DNA of 64,000 nt from Bacteroidales bacterium (GCA_040775045.1 JAXGTH010000001.1:1117-65116), one strand, 5' to 3'; positions 30,237 to 38,722 are shown, counted from the first letter of the stretch. The notes: generated from the letters alone by a model not told the origin. Made by a program: numbers and translations.

Positions 30237-33200
30237 ATGAGTGAAAAGGTAAATGTTATACTGAACGGAAAGATCGTTCCCGGTATCAAGGGGGAAACCA
30301 TCCTCCAACTGGCCAAACGAAACGGGATCGAAATACCTACCCTTTGCAACGACCCCCGGCTTGAACCCTACACCTCGTGTTATGTTTGTGTGGTGGAGGT
30401 GGAAGGTCTCAGGGGCCTCCAGCCTTCATGCTCCACGAAGATATCGGAGGGGATGCGGATCGAAACGCATAACGAAAAGATCGCCGGAGCCAGGAAAACC
30501 GCCCTCGAACTGATCCTGAGCAATCATTATGCCGACTGTATCGGGCCATGCAAGCAAACGTGTCCGGCAGGTGTTGATGTCCAGGGGTATATCTCGCACA
30601 TCGAAAAGGGACAATACCACGATGCCGTGGCACTCATCAAGGAAACGAATCCCCTGCCCGCCATTTGCGGCCGTGTATGTGTGCGCCCGTGCGAGGTGGC
30701 ATGCCGCCGCAACCTGCTTGATGAAACTTCTCCTGTCGGGATCGACTACCTGAAACGCTTCGCGTCGGATTACGACCTGGAATCGGAAAATAAATGGAGA
30801 CCTCAGGTCAAGCCTGAAACTGGCAAAAAGGTTGCCATCATCGGTGCCGGCCCGGGAGGCCTCTCTGCCGCCTTCTTCCTGCGGAAGGAAGGCCACGATA
30901 TCGACATCTTCGAAGCCAGCCCCAAAGCGGGCGGATGGCTGAGGTACGGCATCCCTGAATATCGCCTGCCCAACGATATCCTGCAGAAAGAGGTTGACAA
31001 CATCACGGAAATGGGTGTACGCATCCATTATAAGAAACGCCTGGGTGATAACCTTAAATATGCTGACCTGCAAAAGAAATACGATGCCGTGGTACTTGCC
31101 ATAGGTTCGCAGAAAGGGACCATGATCGGGGTGGAAGGTGATGATGCCGAGCATGTCTTTTCAGGGATCGACTTCCTCAAGGAAATGGAGATGACCGGGA
31201 AACGATACGACTTCACTGGCAAAAGAGTTGCCGTGGTGGGCGGTGGGAATACCGCCATGGACTGCTGCCGTACTTCGATGCGTTGCGGTGCCGAAAAGGT
31301 ATTTGTCATCTACCGGCGTACCGAAAATGAGATGCCTGCCAACCCCATCGAAATCCATGAGTCGAAACTCGAAGGAGTGGAATACATGCTCCTCACCAAT
31401 CCGGTGAAGATCAACAAATCAAAGGACGGCAAGGTAAGGTCGGTCACCTGCCTGAAAATGGAACTGGGCGAACCTGATGCTTCAGGGAGGAGAAGGCCCG
31501 TGCCTATCCAGGGTTCGGAATTCGACCTGGAGGTTGATTTTGTGCTGGCCGCCATCGGGCAAAAGACGGATGTTGATTTCACCGACGACATGAACAAGGC
31601 CGTGAAGAAGGGTGAACTCAAGCTGAATCGCTGGGGCGATATCGATGCCGATCCGAAAACCTTGCAAACCGGTGTCGAGAACGTATTTGCCGCCGGGGAT
31701 AGCGTAACAGGCCCTGCCACACTGATCCAGGCCATCGGGCAGGCCAGGATCGCAGCCCACAGCTGCGACCTCTATCTTCGTGGTGAGGAGGTCAGTCCCT
31801 TCCCTTATGAATTCTTCAGCAGGCGCGACAACTTCAAGACACAGGTTAAGGAAGATTATACCGGGAAATACAGCAAGCAGGAGCGGGAAGAAATGCCCAC
31901 CCTCGACCCAAAGAAAAGAAAGAATTTCAAGGAGGTGGAGCTGGGATATGAAAGTGAGGAGGTGGCTAGACATGAAGCGCTGCGCTGCATGGAATGCGGA
32001 TGTACGGAGCTGTATACCTGCGACCTGAAAAAATATGCCACCGAATACCAGGCCCGCCAGGAAGGAGTGAGGGGCGAATATAAGGAATACGGGGTTGATT
32101 TCCGGCATCCTTTTGTCGAGATCGACAACAACAAATGCGTACTGTGTGCCCGCTGCGTCAGGATATGCCGCGATGTGGTCGGGGCCAATGCGCTTGGCCT
32201 GGTCAACAGGGGCTTCGACACCTTTGTTGCCCCCAGCATGGGCAACACATTGCAGGATACCATGTGTGAAAGCTGTGGCATGTGTATCAGCACCTGTCCG
32301 ACCGGAGCGATAACCGAGAACGTTCCATTCAAACCCGGCCCGGTAAGGCTCGAAAAAGTACAGGGCATCTGCAACTTCTGTTCCATCGGGTGTGAACTCG
32401 ACTATGAACACAAAAGCGGTTTCGTGATGCGTGTCGAAGGTCGCGACGGCCGTGTGAATGCCAACGGCAACCTTTGCAAGTACGGCAAGTTTGGTTATAA
32501 AAACCTGAACGACAAGTCGCGCCTGACAAAACCCATGATGAAGATCAACGGACGGTTCGAGGAGATCGGTTTCGATGAGGCATTCAGCATCATGGCTGAG
32601 AAAATTAAGTCCGTCGCACCCGACGACAATGCCTTCTTTGCCGGTGCACGGCTGAGCAATGAGGAGCTGTACCTGATCCAGAAGCTGGCCCGGGCCGGTG
32701 CCGGGACCAATAATGTAACATCTTTCCATTACCTGAACAGGGGGATGGGTTATGCGGGCAATTCAAGGGCGAACGTCCCCTTTACACAGTTAAAGGACGC
32801 CAGCAGGATATACCTGATCGGGGCGGAATTGAACCGCGATAATCCCGTCCTGGGCTTCATGGTGAACAATGCGAAGGTGATGCATCATGTCCCCGTTGAG
32901 CTCGTTACTGTTCATGACCCGAGCAGCATGGAGCACAAGGCCGGCAAGACGCTGAAAGTTAAGTCATATTACCATTTCATCAAGGCAGTGAACTACTACC
33001 TCGTGGCCAACAATTTCCATAACGGGCTCTTCATCGGCGATCTTTGTGAAGGTTTTGCAGCATACAGGGAAGACCTGCTGAAAGAAAATTTCGTCGATCT
33101 CATCGAAAAGTCAGGGGTGCAGTTCATGGACAGTGTTATCGAGTTTGCCAAGGCATACAACAATGAGCTGAATGCCGTGATCATCTTTTCCGAGAAAGAA

Positions 33201-33935
33201 CTGTGTTCAAATGCCTGCAGCGAGCTGTTTAATCTTGCCATGATCACCGGAAAGCTTGGGAAAACGGCCAACGGGCTGGTGAGCATCAAGGAAAAGAACA
33301 ATGCTCAGGGTATCTTCGATATGGGCATTTGCCCTTTGCTGGGAGTAGGCGGCATTGATATCCTCGACAAGAAACTCCAGGCGGGCATGAAAAAACTCTG
33401 GAAGGTGAAATCACTGCCTTCGGATGTTAATGCCAGCCAGTACGAGAGGCTTGAAAAGGGTAAGCTGAAGAACCTGTTCATCTTTGGTGAAGACCCGCTG
33501 GGGTGTACCAACGACAAGGTCAAGGTGGCCGGCTGGCTTACGGTAGCCGATTTTGTGGTGGTAATGGACTATTTCATGACCGGAACCGCGGCCCAGGCCG
33601 ACCTGGTGCTACCGGCAAGCTTCCCCTTTGAGTCGGGTGGTACCTTCACCAACACACAAAAGGTGATTCAGCACTTTGAGGCCGGTTTCGAGCCGGAAAA
33701 CGGGATGACTACACTGGAACAGCTGGCCATGCTGATGAAACACCTCGACATTCAGCAGGAAAGCACTCCGGATTCCGTGATGGCAGAGATCACAAAACTG
33801 CTTCCCGGGACAGATATCGACGGGAAGTACGCCTTTGCGACCACCAGGGAAACGAACAACTGCCATATGTTCGATCACGGCTGCGATCATATCGTGAAGT
33901 ATTTTGATGATGAATTCAACAACGCCTTTAAATAA
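30237..33935 (+). CDS. 1232-aa fusion subunit: NuoG-type N-terminal [2Fe-2S], inserted GltD/NfnB-like FAD/NAD(P)H module, [4Fe-4S] region, and a truncated molybdopterin-oxidoreductase-like domain without catalytic Cys/Sec
   Basis: The start is set at ATG 30237 ('MSEKVNVILNGK') after the nuoF-like stop. Motifs in order: 'LCNDP..SCYVCVVEV..SC'; 'CIGPCKQTCPAGVDVQGYI', 'ICGRVCVRPCEVAC', 'VAIIGAGPGGL', 'VAVVGGGNTAMDCCRT'; 'CVLCARCVRIC', 'CESCGMCISTCP', 'CNFCSIGC'. The FdhF 'CCARVUHGPSV' position reads 'TSFHYLNRGMGY'. Confidence 0.85.
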   Translation: MSEKVNVILNGKIVPGIKGETILQLAKRNGIEIPTLCNDPRLEPYTSCYVCVVEVEGLRGLQPSCSTKISEGMRIETHNEKIAGARKTALELILSNHYADCIGPCKQTCPAGVDVQGYISHIEKGQYHDAVALIKETNPLPAICGRVCVRPCEVACRRNLLDETSPVGIDYLKRFASDYDLESENKWRPQVKPETGKKVAIIGAGPGGLSAAFFLRKEGHDIDIFEASPKAGGWLRYGIPEYRLPNDILQKEVDNITEMGVRIHYKKRLGDNLKYADLQKKYDAVVLAIGSQKGTMIGVEGDDAEHVFSGIDFLKEMEMTGKRYDFTGKRVAVVGGGNTAMDCCRTSMRCGAEKVFVIYRRTENEMPANPIEIHESKLEGVEYMLLTNPVKINKSKDGKVRSVTCLKMELGEPDASGRRRPVPIQGSEFDLEVDFVLAAIGQKTDVDFTDDMNKAVKKGELKLNRWGDIDADPKTLQTGVENVFAAGDSVTGPATLIQAIGQARIAAHSCDLYLRGEEVSPFPYEFFSRRDNFKTQVKEDYTGKYSKQEREEMPTLDPKKRKNFKEVELGYESEEVARHEALRCMECGCTELYTCDLKKYATEYQARQEGVRGEYKEYGVDFRHPFVEIDNNKCVLCARCVRICRDVVGANALGLVNRGFDTFVAPSMGNTLQDTMCESCGMCISTCPTGAITENVPFKPGPVRLEKVQGICNFCSIGCELDYEHKSGFVMRVEGRDGRVNANGNLCKYGKFGYKNLNDKSRLTKPMMKINGRFEEIGFDEAFSIMAEKIKSVAPDDNAFFAGARLSNEELYLIQKLARAGAGTNNVTSFHYLNRGMGYAGNSRANVPFTQLKDASRIYLIGAELNRDNPVLGFMVNNAKVMHHVPVELVTVHDPSSMEHKAGKTLKVKSYYHFIKAVNYYLVANNFHNGLFIGDLCEGFAAYREDLLKENFVDLIEKSGVQFMDSVIEFAKAYNNELNAVIIFSEKELCSNACSELFNLAMITGKLGKTANGLVSIKEKNNAQGIFDMGICPLLGVGGIDILDKKLQAGMKKLWKVKSLPSDVNASQYERLEKGKLKNLFIFGEDPLGCTNDKVKVAGWLTVADFVVVMDYFMTGTAAQADLVLPASFPFESGGTFTNTQKVIQHFEAGFEPENGMTTLEQLAMLMKHLDIQQESTPDSVMAEITKLLPGTDIDGKYAFATTRETNNCHMFDHGCDHIVKYFDDEFNNAFK

Positions 33936-33945
33936 ATAACAGGAA

Positions 33946-34401
33946 ATGAAAGATCTGACAACATTTGATACCATACTCGATTTTGCCATTGAGGAAGAAC
34001 AGAAAGCGGTGGATTTCTATTCAGAACTTGCCGGACAGGCATCTTCCGACGATATGCGTCTTGTATTCGAGGAATTTGCACAAGAGGAGGTCAGGCATAA
34101 GACGAAACTCATGGAGGTGAAGGAAACAGGCATGACCAACATGCCGCCCGAGAATGTTGCCGACCTTAAGATCGCCGATTATACAGTCAATGTAAAGCCA
34201 ACGCCCGGCATGTCATACCAGGAGGCACTGGTCGTGGCCATGAACAAGGAAAAGGCTGCTTTCAGGCTCTACACTTCATTATCGCAAAGGGCTGATGATC
34301 CGGTGCTTAAAGAGCTTTTTGCCGCTCTTGCCCAGGAGGAATCAAAGCATAAACTGAGGTTCGAGGTGGAATATGATGAGTATGTGCTGAGGGAGAATTA
34401 A
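33946..34401 (+). CDS. Rubrerythrin/ferritin-like di-iron four-helix protein
   Basis: It has two E...ExxH pairs: 'EEEQKA...QEEVRHK' and 'NKEKAA...QEESKHK'. Confidence 0.7.
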   Translation: MKDLTTFDTILDFAIEEEQKAVDFYSELAGQASSDDMRLVFEEFAQEEVRHKTKLMEVKETGMTNMPPENVADLKIADYTVNVKPTPGMSYQEALVVAMNKEKAAFRLYTSLSQRADDPVLKELFAALAQEESKHKLRFEVEYDEYVLREN

Positions 34402-34411
34402 TAAGCTTGCC

Positions 34412-34450
34412 AATTAGGCCGCCAACCTTTTGAAGGTTGACAACCTAATT
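34412..34450 (+). terminator. Two-tier hairpin after the rubrerythrin-like gene
   Basis: AATTAGG-ccgc-CAACCTT-ttg-AAGGTTG-acaa-CCTAATT. Confidence 0.5.
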
Positions 34451-34452
34451 CG

Positions 34453-34460
34453 TACCTTTG
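34453..34460 (+). promoter_or_regulatory. Candidate -7 box TACCTTTG for the second REC/ATP-grasp gene
   Basis: It matches TAnnTTTG and lies 27 nt upstream of ATG 34487. Confidence 0.4.
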
Positions 34461-34486
34461 TCCCGGATAATTCACAATCAGATTAA

Positions 34487-37462
34487 ATGGCCGGGCCCAG
34501 CACCAACCTATCGAAGCATTTTTTTCACGACACTTCATTCGATACGCTGATGAAAAAGCGTATCTACCAAGTCCTGCTCATTTCCAGCGCCTATGATGCA
34601 TTCATCCTCGAAGAGGATGGCCGTATCGATGAGCAGATCTTCAACGAATACGTTTCGCTCAACCTTCGGTACCCGCCTCAATTCATCCAGGTGACCAAGG
34701 AAGAAAAAGCCTTCAGGGAGCTGGAGGAAGAGAATATCGATCTGGTCATCACCATGCTTAGTGCCGAAGACGAGGATACTTTCGGCATCGCCAAGAAGAT
34801 CAAAAAGAAGTATCCCAACATCCCCATTGTGGTGCTTACCCCTTTCTCGCGCAAGGTTTCGGTGAAACTCGACCAGGAAGACCTCGGCGCCATCGATTAC
34901 GTCTTCAGCTGGTTGGGCAATGCCGATCTCCTGCTGGCCATCATCAAGCTGATCGAGGACAAGATGAACGTGGAGCATGATGTGAATGAGGTGGGCGTGC
35001 AAACCATCATCCTGGTTGAGGATTCGGTGAGGTTCTATTCAAGCTACCTGCCGCACATTTACAAGATCATCTTCAAGCAATCGCAGGAGTTCATGACCGA
35101 GGGACTGAACGAGCACCAGCAGATGATGAGGATGCGCGGACGCCCAAAGATACTGCTGGCCAGGACCTATGAGGAAGCGCTTGGTTTTTATGAGAAATAC
35201 AAGAACAACCTGCTCGGGATCATTTCAGATCTCGCCTACTTGCGTAAGGGGGTCCACGACAGGGAAGCCGGTTTCCGTCTTGTAAAAAAGGTCAAGGCAG
35301 AAGACAACCTGATGCCGATCCTGCTGCAATCGTCGGAAGCCGGTGCGGCAGAGGTTGCCAAGGAACTCAGGGTGGGTTTCATCAACAAGCAGTCCAAGAC
35401 CATCTCCATCGAACTTAAAAATTTTATATCGGCATATTTCGCTTTCGGCGATTTTGTTTTTATCGATCCCGATACCATGGAGGAGATCGATCGCGCTCCG
35501 GACCTCAAGACCCTGCAGCGGAAGATCCACAAGATCCCCGACAAATCGCTGGTTTACCATCTTTCGCGGAACCATATCTCGAAATGGCTGAGGGCACGTG
35601 CGCTCTTCCCCCTTGCCGAGCGTTTCAGGGATGTGACCCTCGACGATTTCGATGACCTCAGCGAAGTGAGGAAGTATCTCTTCGATTCCATTGGGAATTA
35701 CCGTATGACCAAGGCCCGGGGCGTGATCGCGGAGTTCCGGCGCGACAGTTTCGATGAATATCTTTCCCTGTCGCGCATTGGGGAAGGATCTCTTGGAGGA
35801 AAGGCCCGCGGACTGGCATTCCTCGATTCCATGATCAAACGAAACCATTTTTACGACCGGTGGGAAGGGGTGAGGATATCAATCCCGAAAACCGTAGTGC
35901 TGGGTACCGACATCTTCGACCAGTTCATGGAAGAGAATGACCTTTACAAGGTGGCCATGTCGAACCTTACCGATGGCGAAATTCTGCAGAAATTCGTTGA
36001 GGCACGCCTGCCGTTCAGGATCAAGGAAGATCTGTATACCCTGATCTCCTTCCTCAAGAACCCACTGGCGGTAAGGTCGTCGAGCCTTCTCGAAGATTCT
36101 TACTACCAGCCCTTTGCAGGGATTTACAACACCTATATGATCCCGAACCTCGAGTCGGACGAGAGAAGAATGATGGAAATGCTTACCGAAGCCATCAAAA
36201 GCGTGTATGCATCCGCATACTATAAGGACAGCAAAGCCTATATGGCCGCCACCTCCAATGTGATCGACGAGGAGAAGATGGCCATCGTGCTGCAGCAGGT
36301 GGTGGGCAGGAGATATGCCAACAGGTTCTACCCTGTGATCTCCGGTGTGGCGCGGTCGATCAACTTCTATCCCATCGAGCCCGAAAGGCCTGAAGACGGT
36401 ATCGTGAATATCGCCCTCGGCCTGGGGAAGTATATCGTGGATGGGGGCATGACCCTGCGGTTCAGTCCCAAATACCCCAAAAAGGTGCTCCAGACCAGTA
36501 CGCCAGAGCTGGCCCTTCGCGAGACCCAGCGCATCTTCTATGCCCTCGACCTGATGGCCGACAGTTTCAAGCCATGTATCGATGATGCTGTTAACCTGCT
36601 TAAGCTGAGAGTGTCAGAAGCAGAGAAGGATAAGTCGATCAGGTATGTCGCCTCCACCTATGACTACCAGAGCAAGATGATCCGTGATGGCACTGCCACC
36701 GAAGGGAAGCGGCTGATCACCTTTTCGGCTATTCTTAACCATGATGTCCTTCCACTGGCCGACATCCTGCGGGTGGTGCTCGAAACCGGGCAGAGGGAGA
36801 TGGGTAAACCCATCGAGATCGAGTTTGCTGTCGATGTGAACCCCGTGAAAGGGGAACCGCATATCTTCCACCTGCTCCAGATCAGGCCAATCGTCGACAG
36901 TGACGAGACCGTGGATGTTGATATTGAAGGGATTGATGCCCGGAATTCACTCATGGTCAGCAATTCGGCCCTTGGAAACGGCTATATCCGGGATATCCGC
37001 GATATCGTTTATATCAAGCCGGAAAGTTTCGATTCGGCGCGCACCCTCGAGATCGCTGAACTGATCGGACAGGTCAATGACCGTTTCCTGGCCGAAGGCA
37101 AAAACTATATCCTCGTAGGTCCTGGCCGCTGGGGCTCTGCTGACCCGCACCTCGGGATCCCCGTTAAATGGCCGCAGATATCCGCTGCCAGGCTGATCGT
37201 GGAATCCGGACTGGAAGACTATCATATCGATCCCAGCCAGGGGACCCACTTTTTCCAGAACCTGACCTCCTTCAGGGTGGGATACTTCACCATCAACCCC
37301 TTCTTCAACGAGGGAAGCTATGATATTGGTTTCCTGGAAGCCCGCGAAGCCATTTATGAAGATGACTTTGTCAGGCATGTCAGATTTGATGATCCATTGC
37401 TGATCGCCATCGACGGTAAGAAGAACAAAGGGATGGTAATGAAGCCGGGGACCACATCCTGA
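34487..37462 (+). CDS. 991-aa paralog of 19088-22564: degenerate receiver, receiver, PPDK_N-type ATP-grasp, conserved C-terminal domain (lacks the ~165-aa N-terminal region)
   Basis: 'IILVEDS', 'LLGIISDLAY', 'GSLGGKARGLAF', 'PLAVRSSSLLEDS..PFAGIYNTY', 'LVGPGRWGSADPHLGIPVKWPQIS' and 'GTHFFQN'. It is colinear with the first copy over its whole length. Confidence 0.8.
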   Translation: MAGPSTNLSKHFFHDTSFDTLMKKRIYQVLLISSAYDAFILEEDGRIDEQIFNEYVSLNLRYPPQFIQVTKEEKAFRELEEENIDLVITMLSAEDEDTFGIAKKIKKKYPNIPIVVLTPFSRKVSVKLDQEDLGAIDYVFSWLGNADLLLAIIKLIEDKMNVEHDVNEVGVQTIILVEDSVRFYSSYLPHIYKIIFKQSQEFMTEGLNEHQQMMRMRGRPKILLARTYEEALGFYEKYKNNLLGIISDLAYLRKGVHDREAGFRLVKKVKAEDNLMPILLQSSEAGAAEVAKELRVGFINKQSKTISIELKNFISAYFAFGDFVFIDPDTMEEIDRAPDLKTLQRKIHKIPDKSLVYHLSRNHISKWLRARALFPLAERFRDVTLDDFDDLSEVRKYLFDSIGNYRMTKARGVIAEFRRDSFDEYLSLSRIGEGSLGGKARGLAFLDSMIKRNHFYDRWEGVRISIPKTVVLGTDIFDQFMEENDLYKVAMSNLTDGEILQKFVEARLPFRIKEDLYTLISFLKNPLAVRSSSLLEDSYYQPFAGIYNTYMIPNLESDERRMMEMLTEAIKSVYASAYYKDSKAYMAATSNVIDEEKMAIVLQQVVGRRYANRFYPVISGVARSINFYPIEPERPEDGIVNIALGLGKYIVDGGMTLRFSPKYPKKVLQTSTPELALRETQRIFYALDLMADSFKPCIDDAVNLLKLRVSEAEKDKSIRYVASTYDYQSKMIRDGTATEGKRLITFSAILNHDVLPLADILRVVLETGQREMGKPIEIEFAVDVNPVKGEPHIFHLLQIRPIVDSDETVDVDIEGIDARNSLMVSNSALGNGYIRDIRDIVYIKPESFDSARTLEIAELIGQVNDRFLAEGKNYILVGPGRWGSADPHLGIPVKWPQISAARLIVESGLEDYHIDPSQGTHFFQNLTSFRVGYFTINPFFNEGSYDIGFLEAREAIYEDDFVRHVRFDDPLLIAIDGKKNKGMVMKPGTTS

Positions 37463-37464
37463 AC

Positions 37465-37498
37465 AACCCACCCCGGCCCTCCCTTCCTGAAGGGAGGG
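37465..37498. repeat. Left inverted repeat plus complete GC-rich hairpin
   Basis: AACCCACCCCGGCCCTCCCTTC lies at 37465-37486. The hairpin is CCCTCCCTTC-ct-GAAGGGAGGG at 37477-37498. Confidence 0.85.
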
Positions 37499-37504
37499 AG
37501 AATT

Positions 37505-37867
37505 TCATCTGAACTCTTCTTTAATTCTTACGAGTACTTTATCAATATCGGCCAATTCCTCATTTTTGATCCTGATAATTTTTAGTCCTTTAGATTTCAA
37601 TATCAGATCACGTTTCTCATCCCTTGATTTTTGTTTTCGATGAATCGGGCCATCCAGTTCAATGACCAGTTTTTCCTCTGCGCAGTAAAAATCAGGGATA
37701 TAAAAGAAGTGGTTATTTCTTTTGGATTCATATATAATTGGGTGCTGTCGAAGAAACTTTTTCCCGCATAATTTCCTTTTTCGTAAAAATGACCAAAGAA
37801 ATTTTTCGTGTATGGTTTGTCGGCTTCTTAGCCGCCGCGATGTATTAATTATTTCATGATATTTCAT
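37505..37867 (-). CDS. DUF559 (Vsr-like endonuclease fold) domain protein
   Basis: 'RQTIHEKFLWSFLRKRKL.GKKFLRQHPI...YIPDFYC...KLVIELDG..H' is the DUF559 pattern. Confidence 0.8.
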   Translation of the reverse strand: MKYHEIINTSRRLRSRQTIHEKFLWSFLRKRKLCGKKFLRQHPIIYESKRNNHFFYIPDFYCAEEKLVIELDGPIHRKQKSRDEKRDLILKSKGLKIIRIKNEELADIDKVLVRIKEEFR

Positions 37868-37885
37868 AGTGCTCTGTGAGGCCCT

Positions 37886-37901
37886 TTATTATATTAATAC
37901 C
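37886..37901 (-). promoter_or_regulatory. Shared 16-nt upstream motif GGTATTAATATAATAA (minus-strand reading)
   Basis: It is identical to 45381-45396 and lies 19 nt upstream of the DUF559 ATG. Confidence 0.4.
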
Positions 37902-37920
37902 ATTTTTTGTGAAATGTCCC

Positions 37921-37954
37921 CCCTCCCTTCTGGAAGGGAGGGCCGGGGTGGGTT
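37921..37954. repeat. Right inverted repeat plus complete GC-rich hairpin
   Basis: The hairpin is CCCTCCCTTC-tg-GAAGGGAGGG at 37921-37942. GAAGGGAGGGCCGGGGTGGGTT lies at 37933-37954. Confidence 0.85.
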
Positions 37955-38043
37955 GGTAATGCACCCGGCTGGCAATTCACCAAACATTCGACCAGGCACA
38001 ATATTTCCTCCGGAATCCTGTTATTTTTTAAATCATAACCGTC

Positions 38044-38583
38044 ATGAAAAATGCAAACCTGATTTTACTGGCGCTCAGCCTTGTCCTTGTCTTTACCATG
38101 TGCAACCAAAAAACTGAAGACAACCGGACCCTGATCACCAAAAAGATCCAGTACGACGTACCCATCGTCAATACCGATGCCTCCTACGACTGGTGGATCG
38201 GCAACATTGCCGGTGCAGACCGCGAGACCCTGCTGAACAATATCTTCGAGCGTGTGCTCTCGGGTGATGTGCAGGCTTACGACTACTTCAACGAACCCCT
38301 GTCGGTGAACCAGGTCAGGAGCCTGCTGGTCGACAGTATCCACCAGACCCTGGTCCGCCCGGTAGATCCGTATCCCGAATACGATACGCTGATCATCAGC
38401 GAGATCACCCCGGCAGATATCAGCATGATCCGGTTCCTCGAAGAATGGAAGTATGACGAAAAGACCCTGAAACTGGATAAGAAGATCTTTGCCATGAGCC
38501 CTGTGATGATGGTAACGATCAACGGTCAGAAGATCACGCGGCCATTGTTCTGGATATACACTGACGAGGCGATCCTGAAATAG
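38044..38583 (+). CDS. Lipoprotein, unknown function
   Basis: Signal/lipobox 'LSLVLVFTMCNQ'. No recognised domain. Confidence 0.6.
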   Translation: MKNANLILLALSLVLVFTMCNQKTEDNRTLITKKIQYDVPIVNTDASYDWWIGNIAGADRETLLNNIFERVLSGDVQAYDYFNEPLSVNQVRSLLVDSIHQTLVRPVDPYPEYDTLIISEITPADISMIRFLEEWKYDEKTLKLDKKIFAMSPVMMVTINGQKITRPLFWIYTDEAILK

Positions 38584-38658
38584 GTAACGCGTGGGGTCAG
38601 TGTTGAATTCTGGGTTTTAAGCCTCGTGCTTTGGGTGTTATTCTGATTGCTGTAGGTT

Positions 38659-38690
38659 CTCAAATCTCACATCTCAATACTCATATCTCA
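38659..38690. repeat. Heptamer array CTCAnAT x4.5
   Basis: ctcaaat ctcacat ctcaata ctcatat ctca. Confidence 0.8.
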
Positions 38691-38710
38691 AAAAGCAAAG
38701 CTTTTAATAC

Positions 38711-38718
38711 TACTTTTG
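38711..38718 (+). promoter_or_regulatory. -7 box TACTTTTG, 4 nt before ATG 38723 (leaderless-type spacing)
   Basis: Exact TAnnTTTG match. Confidence 0.4.
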
Positions 38719-38722
38719 CTTC

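Larger units (their letters stand above)
37465..37954. mobile_element. Possible 490-bp DUF559 gene cassette bounded by 22-bp perfect inverted repeats
   Basis: IR-L at 37465-37486 is the exact reverse complement of IR-R at 37933-37954. A single gene lies inside. No transposase is present. Confidence 0.3.

Noticed and set aside
31482-32729. A 415-aa minus-strand ORF, together with other long antisense ORFs such as 30426-31154, 19208-20071, 20909-21814, 24819-25571, 28342-29058, 29506-30135, 12184-12822, 12865-13533, 13951-14532, 59369-60139, 59932-60894 and 60983-61606.
   Set aside because: All lie entirely inside plus-strand genes that carry unmistakable enzyme motifs. Their products are low-complexity, Arg/Gly/His/Pro-rich and show no recognisable domains. 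They are typical shadow ORFs of GC-biased coding sequence.
30237-33935. Calling the large subunit a formate dehydrogenase alpha subunit or an [FeFe] hydrogenase.
   Set aside because: The Mo-ligand Cys/Sec position is occupied by Asn/Arg context (TSFHYLNRGMGY). The C-terminal molybdopterin-binding barrel appears absent, and I saw no H-cluster motifs. The inserted GltD-like module points to a pyridine-nucleotide oxidoreductase role instead.
34466-34473. The GGATAATT octamer seen near several starts (34466, about 22612, about 44546 and about 59414) as a possible regulatory motif.
   Set aside because: Four occurrences of an AT-rich 8-mer in 64 kb is close to my rough chance expectation, and the distances to start codons are inconsistent.
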